A stretch of DNA of 64,000 bases from an uncultured Kiloniellaceae bacterium (lineage in GTDB: Bacteria; Actinomycetota; Acidimicrobiia; Spongiisociales; UBA11373), in NCBI GenBank assembly GCA_964194935.1, contig CAXMOL010000067.1, positions 85-64,084 on the forward strand, written 5' to 3'. Numbering within the stretch: position 1 is the first letter of the stretch; the number at the start of each line of letters is the position of its first letter. Below, piece by piece: positions 33,595 to 42,643 of this stretch. The notes under the pieces are model-generated. The model was given only the letters and a program-made list of their open reading frames with translations, made no database searches and was not told the DNA's origin. Position numbers and translations under genes: made by a program.

Positions 33595-33631
33595 GAGGGG
33601 ACTATGACCGCGAGGGGACTATGACCGCGAG
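33595..33631 (+). repeat. perfect 17-bp tandem duplication (gaggggactatgaccgc x2 plus 3 nt) spanning the RBS and start codon
   Basis: Read directly: copy 1 is 33595..33611, copy 2 is 33612..33628, and the next 3 nt also match. It creates two ATGs (33604 and 33621) in different frames. Confidence 0.9.
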
Positions 33632-35903
33632 ACGAATCATCCGCTGGCTGGTTATGGCCGTACTTGTTGCCCTGGTCACCCCTATCGCCCTGGCCCAGTT
33701 GGACCTCGCCATTACTGGACACGTGCGTGAGCACGGTTGGAATGACGAGCAGGTAGACGCACTCACCAACAACGCTTGGATCGTCGACGGCCAAACCCAG
33801 ATGTACGGGTTCGGCGACGACCCGATGAGTCAACCTGGCGTTTCTGAAGAGGAGGCGGCGGGGACCATCCCATTCGCCATTGGAGCCGAGTACGTACTGT
33901 TCACCGACGAGCGCTTCCTACCGCCCGCTGTCTCGGGTACGACCGTCATGCCCGATGGCAAGGTCGTGATTCCGTATGGTGCTGGGCCGATGGAACTCAA
34001 TGTCGAGTACCTCTGGGTGTGGGCGGAGTTCAAGGGCGACATCAATTACTTGCAGCCTGGCGCCGGCTACAACATCGGCTGGCCGATCATGGCCCGCGGC
34101 GCAACCGGCTGGTCGTCCCCGTTCCTAGGGGACTCGTGGACCGGTGGCAGCCATATCCCGCACTTCTTCAACGACCCGAATCAAAGTGATCCGGAGTCGG
34201 CCTGGACTGCCGGAGTGTCGATCGTCAACGACAACGGTGGACTCGACGGCTACCAGGGACCGGGCGGAGTGGCCTGGTTCCACGGGAATCAAGCAGGCAT
34301 GTACATCCCCGCGGATCTGTTTATGCAGACCTCCGAGCAGCACATCGAGTCCTACGGGTTCGCTGCCGATTACACCATGGGCGCCCAGTCCCAGTTCGAT
34401 CCGAGTGCGCCGCGCACGGTGACGGTGTTTCCGGGCAACTTTACGGCCGAAGGCCGCCAAGGCGGGCTCGAGCCATTCGACCAGACAGGTCGGTTCCGGA
34501 TCAATGTCGGCTTCGAGCCCTACTCCGACATCGTCGACGCCAGTCTGATGTACGACGCAGAGGACCGGTTGTGGGCTGCCCTGACGCCGCTGCGGCGTTG
34601 GCCGGCCGAGGATCCCACCGGTCACTTCCTTGACGCGTTCTTCTCGATGGGCCTCATATCGGGCATCTCCTATGGCGACATGTCGGGGCCTCTGGTTATC
34701 AACGAATTTCACGACGGCGTCCACAACACTCTCGGATTCAATGACTCGGTGGAGTTCACTCCGTCGCTGGGGTATGTGCTCAATGACGGGTCGCTGAGGA
34801 TTCGACTCGACTACAGCTTTAGACAGCTCGAGTCCGACACCGACAAGGTGACGTTGTTCACATCGGGCGCCTTCTGGCGCGATGGGTCGGACGAAAACGG
34901 AAGACAGCAAGTGGACGCCGAGTGGGAGTTCGACGTGTCGGAGATCCCCATGCTCGACTTCGGCTCACCAGGTGGCCTCTTCGTGACATATGACCTCTTT
35001 AATGATGAACAGGTGGCGCCGCCGGCAGGAAGCGGCGACCCGGAACCGGAGGGATCGACCGACGACGCCGCAGCCGTGACTGACACCACCGGTCCGATTG
35101 GATCTTCCGATGAAGACGAACCGATCGAAGACCTGGGGCTTGGCCTGATCACAGTTGACCTCGGCGACGACACCTGGGACGGGTGGGGTTGGGGCCTCGC
35201 CGGGCTGCTCACGGTGGCGCTCATCGGACCCATCTTTCTGTGGTTCAAGCCACTCGATTGGTGGACCTGTTGGCTGCCGTGGTTCATCGGAATCTTTGTC
35301 TGGACGCCGTTCCTCTTGGCGTGCTTGTGGTGGGGTAGCCCATCGTGGTGGTGGGTCCCGCTGTTGGCCTGGTACCCGATCATCGGTGGGTACACGTGGT
35401 ATTGGGCCCGTAACCGCGACTGGTGGCAGGACGAGTACATCTACTACGTGGGCGGCTATCTCGGCGTTCTCGCGGTGGCGACTGTCGTGGTTGGATCCCC
35501 CGAGTGGGGATTGCTCCTGCCGTTGTACTGGGTGCCGTGGGTCGGCTTCTACGTCTGGTTCCGCGGCCAGCATCAGCCGTGGTGGGAACAGTGGATGTGG
35601 GGCGGGACGGCCGTCTACGTGGGATGGAACTTCATTTGGGTCGCCGCGCTCACTCCATGGTGGGCCTGGTGGCTCCCAGTGGCGACGGTCGGATTCGTCG
35701 GGTGGTGGTTCCCGCGACGCGGCTACGAATGGTCGGCGCTCTGGCTGGAGCCCAAGTGGTGCTGGACGCTCCCGTTCGTCCTTCTTCCGTTCTTCCTGTG
35801 GTGGATTCCGGTGTGGGGAGCCTGGTGGTTGATCGTCTTGCTGTTGTTGCTGCTTCTGCTCGTGGGGAGTTTCGGATACCAACGGCGCAGCGAGGACTGG
35901 TAG
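33621..35903 (+). CDS. hypothetical secreted/membrane protein with an extremely Trp-rich polytopic C-terminal region
   Basis: Uninterrupted 760-aa ORF. Signal-like N-terminus MTARRIIRWLVMAVLVALVTPIALAQ, a ~480-aa domain of no recognised family, an acidic linker, then ~255 aa of hydrophobic segments packed with W (WW, WWW and PWW motifs) ending in an L8 run. Confidence 0.7.
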   Translation: MTARRIIRWLVMAVLVALVTPIALAQLDLAITGHVREHGWNDEQVDALTNNAWIVDGQTQMYGFGDDPMSQPGVSEEEAAGTIPFAIGAEYVLFTDERFLPPAVSGTTVMPDGKVVIPYGAGPMELNVEYLWVWAEFKGDINYLQPGAGYNIGWPIMARGATGWSSPFLGDSWTGGSHIPHFFNDPNQSDPESAWTAGVSIVNDNGGLDGYQGPGGVAWFHGNQAGMYIPADLFMQTSEQHIESYGFAADYTMGAQSQFDPSAPRTVTVFPGNFTAEGRQGGLEPFDQTGRFRINVGFEPYSDIVDASLMYDAEDRLWAALTPLRRWPAEDPTGHFLDAFFSMGLISGISYGDMSGPLVINEFHDGVHNTLGFNDSVEFTPSLGYVLNDGSLRIRLDYSFRQLESDTDKVTLFTSGAFWRDGSDENGRQQVDAEWEFDVSEIPMLDFGSPGGLFVTYDLFNDEQVAPPAGSGDPEPEGSTDDAAAVTDTTGPIGSSDEDEPIEDLGLGLITVDLGDDTWDGWGWGLAGLLTVALIGPIFLWFKPLDWWTCWLPWFIGIFVWTPFLLACLWWGSPSWWWVPLLAWYPIIGGYTWYWARNRDWWQDEYIYYVGGYLGVLAVATVVVGSPEWGLLLPLYWVPWVGFYVWFRGQHQPWWEQWMWGGTAVYVGWNFIWVAALTPWWAWWLPVATVGFVGWWFPRRGYEWSALWLEPKWCWTLPFVLLPFFLWWIPVWGAWWLIVLLLLLLLLVGSFGYQRRSEDW

Positions 35904-35963
35904 CCACCCGCTCAGTTGTCAGGTTCTTGCCGGATCGCTGGATACCGGCAGCCTGAGACGCTC

Positions 35964-36698
35964 CTAGGTCCCGCCGTATACCGGGATCATCGCCCCATTT
36001 ATCACGGACGACTCTTCAGAGGCCAGGAAGTCGATCACTGCCGCGATCTCGCCCGGTGTGGGCCAGTCCACATAGTTTGCGAACGGGACAACCTGACGGA
36101 AGGCCGGAGTATCGATGAGCGCAGGCAGGACCACATTCGAGGTCACGTTGGCGTCGGAGACCTCTTCCGCAATGGACCTCGCCAGGGCTATAACCCCGGC
36201 CTTGGCGACGTTGTACATGGCCTGGCCTGTGGGGGGGTCGATCGCCGAGCGGCTTCCCACCATGACGATGCGACCCCATTGCGCGGCGCGCAGGTGGGGA
36301 AGTGCCGCCCGCGCCGCGTAGAAGGAAGGCCGGAGGTTCAGGTCGACCATTCGCTCGAACCGGAGGTCGTCGGTCTCTTCTACGTCGCGGCCCCCGGACC
36401 ATCCACCAACAAGGCACGCGAGGACGTTTAGCCCCCCAAAGGTCTCGACCACTTCCTGCACGAAGGCATTTACCGCCTCTGGGTCGGTGCAGTCGACGCG
36501 CTTGAGGATGAGCCTGTCTTCTGGGAGACGGAGGAACTCTTCTACCTCATTGGCCTCTTCGGGGACGAGATAGCTGAGCGCGATCCGAAAGCCACGCTCT
36601 GCCAAGCGAGCCGCTACTTCTCTTCCCAGCCCACCGGTTCCTCCAGTGAGCACTGCAACAGGGTCTGACACGTTGTTCCTCGAGAGCTCCGGGGTCAT
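35964..36698 (-). CDS. short-chain dehydrogenase/reductase (SDR)
   Basis: TGGTGGLG cofactor motif and the YNVAKAG catalytic YxxxK. Confidence 0.8.
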   Translation of the reverse strand: MTPELSRNNVSDPVAVLTGGTGGLGREVAARLAERGFRIALSYLVPEEANEVEEFLRLPEDRLILKRVDCTDPEAVNAFVQEVVETFGGLNVLACLVGGWSGGRDVEETDDLRFERMVDLNLRPSFYAARAALPHLRAAQWGRIVMVGSRSAIDPPTGQAMYNVAKAGVIALARSIAEEVSDANVTSNVVLPALIDTPAFRQVVPFANYVDWPTPGEIAAVIDFLASEESSVINGAMIPVYGGT

Positions 36699-36754
36699 GG
36701 TACAAGCCGCGTTGCTAGTCTCGGTGTTGGGAGCGAAATCCCTCTGGAGGATGT

Positions 36755-37975
36755 ATGGCGGAGATCACACTTGAGCAACTGGGCAAGATCTACGACGACG
36801 GGACCCGTGCGGTCGGAGACGTAAACCTCACGATCACAGACGGCGAGTTCCTGGTGCTCGTTGGCCCATCCGGTTGTGGCAAGTCGACGATCCTGCGGAT
36901 GATCGCCGGGCTCGAGGACATCTCCGAAGGCAAGATGATGATCGGTGACGTTGTCGTAAACGATGTCACTTCAAAGGATCGCGATATCGCGATGGTCTTC
37001 CAGAACTATGCCTTGTACCCCCATATGTCCGTGTTCGACAACATGGCTTTCGGGCTGAAGCTCCGCAAGATGGACAAGGGCGAGATCGAGCGCAGGGTCA
37101 ACGAGGCTGCACAGGTGCTCGAGATCACCGATTTGTTGGACCGTAAGCCAAAAGCGCTTTCAGGTGGCCAACGGCAGAGGGTCGCGATGGGACGGGCCAT
37201 CGTGCGCGAACCAAGCGCCTTTTTGATGGACGAGCCGCTCTCCAATCTGGATGCCAAGCTGCGAGTGCAGATGCGTACAGAGTTGGGGCGGCTCCATGCC
37301 CGTCTGGCTACTACAACCGTATACGTCACCCACGATCAGGTGGAGGCGATGACTTTGGGCCATCGGGTTGCGGTGCTCAAGCCCGTCAGCAAGCAGCGGC
37401 CCGACAACCTGCAACAGGTGGCTCCTCCCGCAGAGCTATTCCACAACCCCCGGAATTTGTTCGTGGCCGGGTTCATCGGAAGTCCGTCGATGAATATGGT
37501 CAGCGGTCGCCTGGAGGGCTCGGCTGGTTCGGTAACTGCTGTCTTCGGTAACCATCGGATCGAGGTCCTCCAGAGGGCCATTGATCGGCATTCAGGGATC
37601 GAATCCTTCATGAACAAGGAACTGGTCATAGGTATTCGTCCTGGCGACTTTGAGCATGCCAGCGTTGCCGGCGACGGTGCCGGGCGAACGATGACTGTCA
37701 CTGCCGATGTGACCGAGGTGCTCGGATCGGAGACGTTTATCCATTACGAGGTCGACATTCCTCCTGTGGTGACGCCTGATATCGAGGAACTACTCGCCGA
37801 CACCGGGGCCGATGTTTCATCACTCGGATCGACCTCCAAGTTTGCATCGCGAATCTCCTCGGATGTCCCCGTCGCTGCCGGTGACAGTGTCGACTTGGTG
37901 GTGGACACCGCCAAACTCCACTTCTTCGACCCGGCGACCGGTGGCCGCATCGGTTTCCGCGAGGGCAATTACTAG
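36755..37975 (+). CDS. ABC transporter ATP-binding protein, sugar-import type (MalK/UgpC/MsiK-like)
   Basis: Walker A GPSGCGKST, signature LSGGQRQR, Walker B FLMDEPLSNLD, plus a C-terminal regulatory domain. No permease or binding-protein gene is adjacent. Confidence 0.85.
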   Translation: MAEITLEQLGKIYDDGTRAVGDVNLTITDGEFLVLVGPSGCGKSTILRMIAGLEDISEGKMMIGDVVVNDVTSKDRDIAMVFQNYALYPHMSVFDNMAFGLKLRKMDKGEIERRVNEAAQVLEITDLLDRKPKALSGGQRQRVAMGRAIVREPSAFLMDEPLSNLDAKLRVQMRTELGRLHARLATTTVYVTHDQVEAMTLGHRVAVLKPVSKQRPDNLQQVAPPAELFHNPRNLFVAGFIGSPSMNMVSGRLEGSAGSVTAVFGNHRIEVLQRAIDRHSGIESFMNKELVIGIRPGDFEHASVAGDGAGRTMTVTADVTEVLGSETFIHYEVDIPPVVTPDIEELLADTGADVSSLGSTSKFASRISSDVPVAAGDSVDLVVDTAKLHFFDPATGGRIGFREGNY

Positions 37976-38107
37976 GAGTACTCAGTACTCAGTGACAAGC
38001 TACGGGGCGAACGGCTCGACCTTGACTCCGACCGGTTCCAGTCCAGCGATGAGGTCCTGAGCCGAGGATTGCTACTGCTGCCATCAGTTCAGATCAGGGA
38101 GATCGGG

Positions 38108-38692
38108 TCAGGACAAATGAGGAACCAGCCAGCGTCCGCTCGGTATACCAACCGCCGCAGTCAGATCGGCTGGAGTATCCAACTCGACAATGGTCTCGAC
38201 CCCGGTGAGCACCTCGAACGGTTGGGGAATCACCGCCAGGTGGCGGTGGAACGATCCAGGCCCATAGGAGAACTCCACTCGACCCGTAGAACCGAGCAGG
38301 TTGGTACCGCCGTCGCGAGAGGGCGCTATCACCGCGCGGCATTCGGTGATGATCCGGCGTGCCCGGTGCATCGTGGCGACATCGAGCAGCGGTAGATCGC
38401 CGTGAACGATGATCCACGGGGTGCCATCGGTAGGGAGACCGGCGGCACACGCTGCATTTAGGCCCTGCATGGGATCTGTGACCACCGAGGCCTCGTGTTC
38501 GGCTGCCCACTCCGCGACGCTCGAATCGCGAGTGACGATCGTCAGGTCGAACCCTCCGTCGCTGCAGGCGACCACTACGTGGTCGGCGACCGCCCTGGCC
38601 AGCGACGATCGCTGGTGTGGCGCAAGGCTCGGCGCAAGGCGGCCTTTGGCGACATCGAAGCCCTTTAGGGGTATGACTGCGGTGGGGTTCAT
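38108..38692 (-). CDS. cofC: 2-phospho-L-lactate (or PEP) guanylyltransferase, F420 biosynthesis
   Basis: AVIPLKGFDVAKGRL N-terminus and HGDLPLL, characteristic of CofC/FbiD. 194 aa. Confidence 0.75.
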   Translation of the reverse strand: MNPTAVIPLKGFDVAKGRLAPSLAPHQRSSLARAVADHVVVACSDGGFDLTIVTRDSSVAEWAAEHEASVVTDPMQGLNAACAAGLPTDGTPWIIVHGDLPLLDVATMHRARRIITECRAVIAPSRDGGTNLLGSTGRVEFSYGPGSFHRHLAVIPQPFEVLTGVETIVELDTPADLTAAVGIPSGRWLVPHLS

Positions 38693-38724
38693 GAAGGCAG
38701 GTCAGACTAGGGGCGACCGGTACA

Positions 38725-40167
38725 GTGGCCCTCGTGCTGCGCCGGACGAAGATCATCGCGACCCTGGGACCCGCAAGCGCTGATCAGGCGACGATCTCGC
38801 GGATGGTCGAGGCCGGTATGGACGTGGCCAGGCTCAATTTCTCTCATGGGACGTTTGAATCTCACGCCGCACTGATCACCGCGGTCCGCGCCGCCTCCGA
38901 GGAACACGGTCGAGCGATTGCCATCATGCAGGACATCCAGGGGCCGCGTATCAGGGTTGGCACCTTCAGTGGGGGTGTTGTCGAGATCGAGACCGATTCG
39001 GAGATTCGACTTGTAGAGGGGCAGGGCGAAGGCGACGCCGGACTCGTGTGCGTCCAGCACCTGGACAAGGTCGAGCTCGAGGTTGGAGCGCTGATGCTGC
39101 TGAGCGACGGCCTCATTCGCCTCGAAATCACATCGGCCGAGGGCGACTCGGCAACAGCAAGGGTCGTTGAGGGAGGGACGCTCAGCAATCACAAGGGTGT
39201 GGCGTTTCCCGGCGCCCCGTTGGATCTGCCGGCGATCACAGAAAAGGATGTGGCCGATCTGGCCTTTGGCGTGGAGCAGGGTGTCGACATCGTGGCAGCG
39301 TCGTTTGTCACCACCGGCGATGACATCAAACTCGTGAAGTCACTGGTCGGGGACACTCCGGTGATAGCCAAGATTGAGCGAGTCGCCGCCTACGAGAACC
39401 TCGACGACATCTTGGCGAATGCAGATGGAGCGATGGTCGCCCGCGGCGATCTCGGAATCGAGCTCGGGATTGCGCCTCTGCCTCGGGCGCAAAAAGACAT
39501 CATCTTTCGGACCAATAAGGCGTCCGCGGTATCGATCACTGCAACAGAAATGCTGGAGTCGATGACCTCGTCTCCACGGCCAACTCGCGCCGAGGTGACC
39601 GACGTCGCCAACGCGGTACTCGATGGAACCGATGCGGTGATGTTGTCTGCCGAAACCGCAACCGGGAAGTATCCGGTACGTGCCGTGCGAACCATGGCAG
39701 CAGTGTGCGTCGAGGCCGAGGCGAGCCCCGACTACCCGGCGTCGACCGCGATCGCGTCCGATGCCGAGCCCAGTTTTGCGTCGGCGATTGCTCAGGCAGC
39801 TTCGGATGCCGCAACCAGTCTCGGGCTCGAGTTGATTGTCGCGTTTACTGAAAGCGGATCGACTGCTCGCCTCGTCGCCGACTTTCGCCCCGAAGCCGCG
39901 ATCATCGCCTTCACGCCGCAGGAGTCGACCTTCAACCAACTCGCCGTGGTGTGGGGGGGCACGCCACTGCGTTTTCCGACTCTGGAATCGACCGACGAAA
40001 TGATCGAGGAGGCAGAGCGTCAACTCCTTGAGCGGGGAATGGTGAAAGCGGGTGGTTGGATGGCGATGGCGGCTGGGATCCCTCCCAACCAGCAAGCTTC
40101 CACGAACCTGCTCAAACTCCACGTCGTTGGCTCTGGTTCGGACGGGCTACCCGGGTCGCCGGTCTAG
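38725..40167 (+). CDS. pyk: pyruvate kinase
   Basis: RRTKIIATLGPAS, MDVARLNFSHG and MVARGDLGIE. Confidence 0.95.
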   Translation: MALVLRRTKIIATLGPASADQATISRMVEAGMDVARLNFSHGTFESHAALITAVRAASEEHGRAIAIMQDIQGPRIRVGTFSGGVVEIETDSEIRLVEGQGEGDAGLVCVQHLDKVELEVGALMLLSDGLIRLEITSAEGDSATARVVEGGTLSNHKGVAFPGAPLDLPAITEKDVADLAFGVEQGVDIVAASFVTTGDDIKLVKSLVGDTPVIAKIERVAAYENLDDILANADGAMVARGDLGIELGIAPLPRAQKDIIFRTNKASAVSITATEMLESMTSSPRPTRAEVTDVANAVLDGTDAVMLSAETATGKYPVRAVRTMAAVCVEAEASPDYPASTAIASDAEPSFASAIAQAASDAATSLGLELIVAFTESGSTARLVADFRPEAAIIAFTPQESTFNQLAVVWGGTPLRFPTLESTDEMIEEAERQLLERGMVKAGGWMAMAAGIPPNQQASTNLLKLHVVGSGSDGLPGSPV

Positions 40168-40232
40168 TGGTCGGCGCGATGGCGTCCATCCAGGGTCTTC
40201 TAGGATGAACCGGCTCGAGGAGGACTGAAGAC

Positions 40233-40529
40233 ATGGGCCAGCCAATCACTGTTTCTGCAGCGACGGTCGATGGGGATATCGCGGTCTTCGACACGGACCG
40301 CAGCATCACGGGTCAGGACGGTGCGACCTTCGGATCCGCCCAGGATGCCGTGGATGCTGGCTCGATTCCCGGCGAGCTGGCAGGGCGCTTGTTTGACGCT
40401 GACGATGCTGTTGGCCACGTCTTTATCGCATCGAATCAGGTCGTCGTGGGGCGCACCGGAGGCTGGGATGATGCCGCGCTGGCGGCGTCGACCGCGATAA
40501 TCACCGACTTCTTTGTGTTCTACGACTGA
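40233..40529 (+). CDS. hypothetical protein (weak resemblance to the Nfu/NifU N-terminal scaffold fold)
   Basis: 98-aa ORF with good GC3 bias. Only a loose pattern match, with no diagnostic motif. Confidence 0.4.
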   Translation: MGQPITVSAATVDGDIAVFDTDRSITGQDGATFGSAQDAVDAGSIPGELAGRLFDADDAVGHVFIASNQVVVGRTGGWDDAALAASTAIITDFFVFYD

Positions 40530-40533
40530 GCGG

Positions 40534-42558
40534 TTATAGCTTGCCGAGCCTGATCGTGACCGTCGTGCCCGGATCGACCCACGTGCCCGGTCCCGGACTC
40601 TGCGATCTCACAGTGCCCACTTGGAGCGGATCGACGACCGGGAAGGAATCCCCGAAGTCCCTCTTGAGTCCCAGGGCGAGGAGTGCGGCCGTCGCCTCTC
40701 CCTCGGGGAAGCCACCGACAAGGGGGACCTGAACCGGGCACTCCACCGCTGCGTCGTACTGGATGTGATCTTCTGGCAGTTCGCACGGGTGGACCTCGTA
40801 GATGATGGAGTGGGGGGCGTATCTCCAAGTCCAGACCTGCACATCGTCTGTGCCGTCGGGATAGGTGATCGTCCGGGTGTCGGTGGCCGTGTAGCCCTGT
40901 GCTCCCTCGTCGGTGAGCTCCTTGTCGCCGGGGTGGAGCTCATCGTTGGGGCTGAGGTATTCCTCGGGTTCGGTATAGGCATAGGGGGCCGAGATGGCGC
41001 CGGCGACCTCGATTCCGCCGTCGTCGCCGAACATCTTCACCGTGACCCTGGTGTCGGTCGCCTCGGTCTTGATGTAGATGGCGTTTTCAGTGTTGTTTCT
41101 AAATACGAGGTTGGGCTCGGGGAACCCGAGAGTCGCTTCCCTCACCACCGGGTACCTCGAAAACTGCAAGGTATGCGGCTTGTGGAACACGTCCTCGAGT
41201 CCTGACCAATACACGGCGTTGTACAGCGTGGTGGTGAATTGGCTGACGCCACCTCCGACGTTGGCCGGGTGGTCGCAGCAGTACACGACCGGTCCGATGA
41301 TCGCTCCGGCCTCGCGATAGCCGTCCTCGAGAGTCCGCTTGCCCACGTGTTCGTTGAGGTTGAACTCTTCGCCGGGCATCACGATCGCGCCGTCTACCTC
41401 TTCGGCGATTCTCTTGATGTTGATGATCCTGTTTTGGTTCTTCTCGTCGCCGCAGCATGAGTAGTAGGTCTCGGCCGAGTACAACAGGTCTCGAATTCCG
41501 AGGGCCGCGGCATCGTCGGTGGTGAAATCCGGTTCTCTTCCGTCGAGGATGGGGAGAGGCCCGGTCCGGGTGACCGAGGTCGCTGCGTTGTAGACGGCTT
41601 CTGGAAGGTTTCCGTCGTCGATCAGAATCGCGTTGTAGCCGGTGAGAACCAGGGGTACGTCGTCGGGCCGGATGACGACAACGGCGTCGATCGGTTCGGC
41701 TTCTATCGCCGCGCGAATCGGGTCGAGCCAGCGGGCCAGTGGGCCGAGCTGAAAGAACAGCTCGATTTCGGGCTCGAGGGCGGTTCCGATCTGGCGGCTC
41801 GACACCGCATTGGCCAGGACAGATGGCGGGAATGTCACCGAGATCTCAGGAAGGATTCGACCCAGTGTTACCGGTTGTGAAATGAGTTCTTCGGCGCGCT
41901 TGACGGTGAGATCTACCTGCTCGTCGGTGACGATAGGCACCCGGAATTCAGTCACAGCTTGGACGATCCCGCGATTGGAACCGAGAACCTGGGCTTCGAT
42001 GAGATCGGCCGTTGCCTCGAAATCCAATCCTGTTCCTGGCTCAGGGTATATGGGGGTGACCGTGGTGCCGGAAAAGACGATCCCGCCATCTGTGGGTGGC
42101 GTTGTGATTGCCTGCGTTTCCCAAGTCTTCAGCAGCAGGAGGAGCGTCTGGCGGTCGTAGCTCGATTCGAAGGAGACTTCGAGAGGACCGCCGCCGAAGT
42201 GACTAAGCCACCAACCCAACTCGGTTACAAAGCCGCCATCACGACCGTGGGCAAGAGCTTCTTCGAGGATGGCCTCTTCGTTTATCCGATAGCTGAGCTC
42301 ACTCGGGAGCAACGTAAAGGTCGTTTCATCGATCACAACGTCGATGGGTTCGGCTGCCAGACGTGTCTCGATTCTGGAGATCACTGCCTGTGCGGCCTGC
42401 ACCTCGAGCCCACCCAGGTCGACACCAGCGACGGTGACCTGGCCCAGAATCTCGCCGTCATTGCTGGCGCGGTCCATCGCAAAGACCACCGACACCCATG
42501 TCAGCAAGACGATGGGAACGGCGACAACAAGTATTGCGATTCGAAGGTTTCGAGACAT
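40534..42558 (-). CDS. VanW-domain protein with N-terminal TM anchor and C-terminal PASTA domain
   Basis: TM anchor MSRNLRIAILVVAVPIVLLTW. VanW-like core (PGEEFNLNEHVGKRT...GGGVSQFTTTLYNA). The C-terminal ~60 aa match the PASTA pattern (GTVRSQSPGPGTWVDPGTTVTIRLG). Confidence 0.75.
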   Translation of the reverse strand: MSRNLRIAILVVAVPIVLLTWVSVVFAMDRASNDGEILGQVTVAGVDLGGLEVQAAQAVISRIETRLAAEPIDVVIDETTFTLLPSELSYRINEEAILEEALAHGRDGGFVTELGWWLSHFGGGPLEVSFESSYDRQTLLLLLKTWETQAITTPPTDGGIVFSGTTVTPIYPEPGTGLDFEATADLIEAQVLGSNRGIVQAVTEFRVPIVTDEQVDLTVKRAEELISQPVTLGRILPEISVTFPPSVLANAVSSRQIGTALEPEIELFFQLGPLARWLDPIRAAIEAEPIDAVVVIRPDDVPLVLTGYNAILIDDGNLPEAVYNAATSVTRTGPLPILDGREPDFTTDDAAALGIRDLLYSAETYYSCCGDEKNQNRIINIKRIAEEVDGAIVMPGEEFNLNEHVGKRTLEDGYREAGAIIGPVVYCCDHPANVGGGVSQFTTTLYNAVYWSGLEDVFHKPHTLQFSRYPVVREATLGFPEPNLVFRNNTENAIYIKTEATDTRVTVKMFGDDGGIEVAGAISAPYAYTEPEEYLSPNDELHPGDKELTDEGAQGYTATDTRTITYPDGTDDVQVWTWRYAPHSIIYEVHPCELPEDHIQYDAAVECPVQVPLVGGFPEGEATAALLALGLKRDFGDSFPVVDPLQVGTVRSQSPGPGTWVDPGTTVTIRLGKL

Positions 42559-42643
42559 CAAACTCAGTGGGGCGGGATGCGAGATTGTACCTGGGACCGC
42601 GGAATGTGGACTCAATTGGCGGGTCGTCCCTACCATCGTCGCA

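Noticed and set aside
37975-37993. AGTACT-containing short palindromes or direct 7-mers just after stop codons (gagtactcagtactcag at 37975..37993, and a similar gagtactgagta at 661..675).
   Set aside because: There are only two short occurrences with weak stems (5 bp), which is compatible with chance in AT-richer intergenic spacers. This is not enough to call a repeat family or a terminator.
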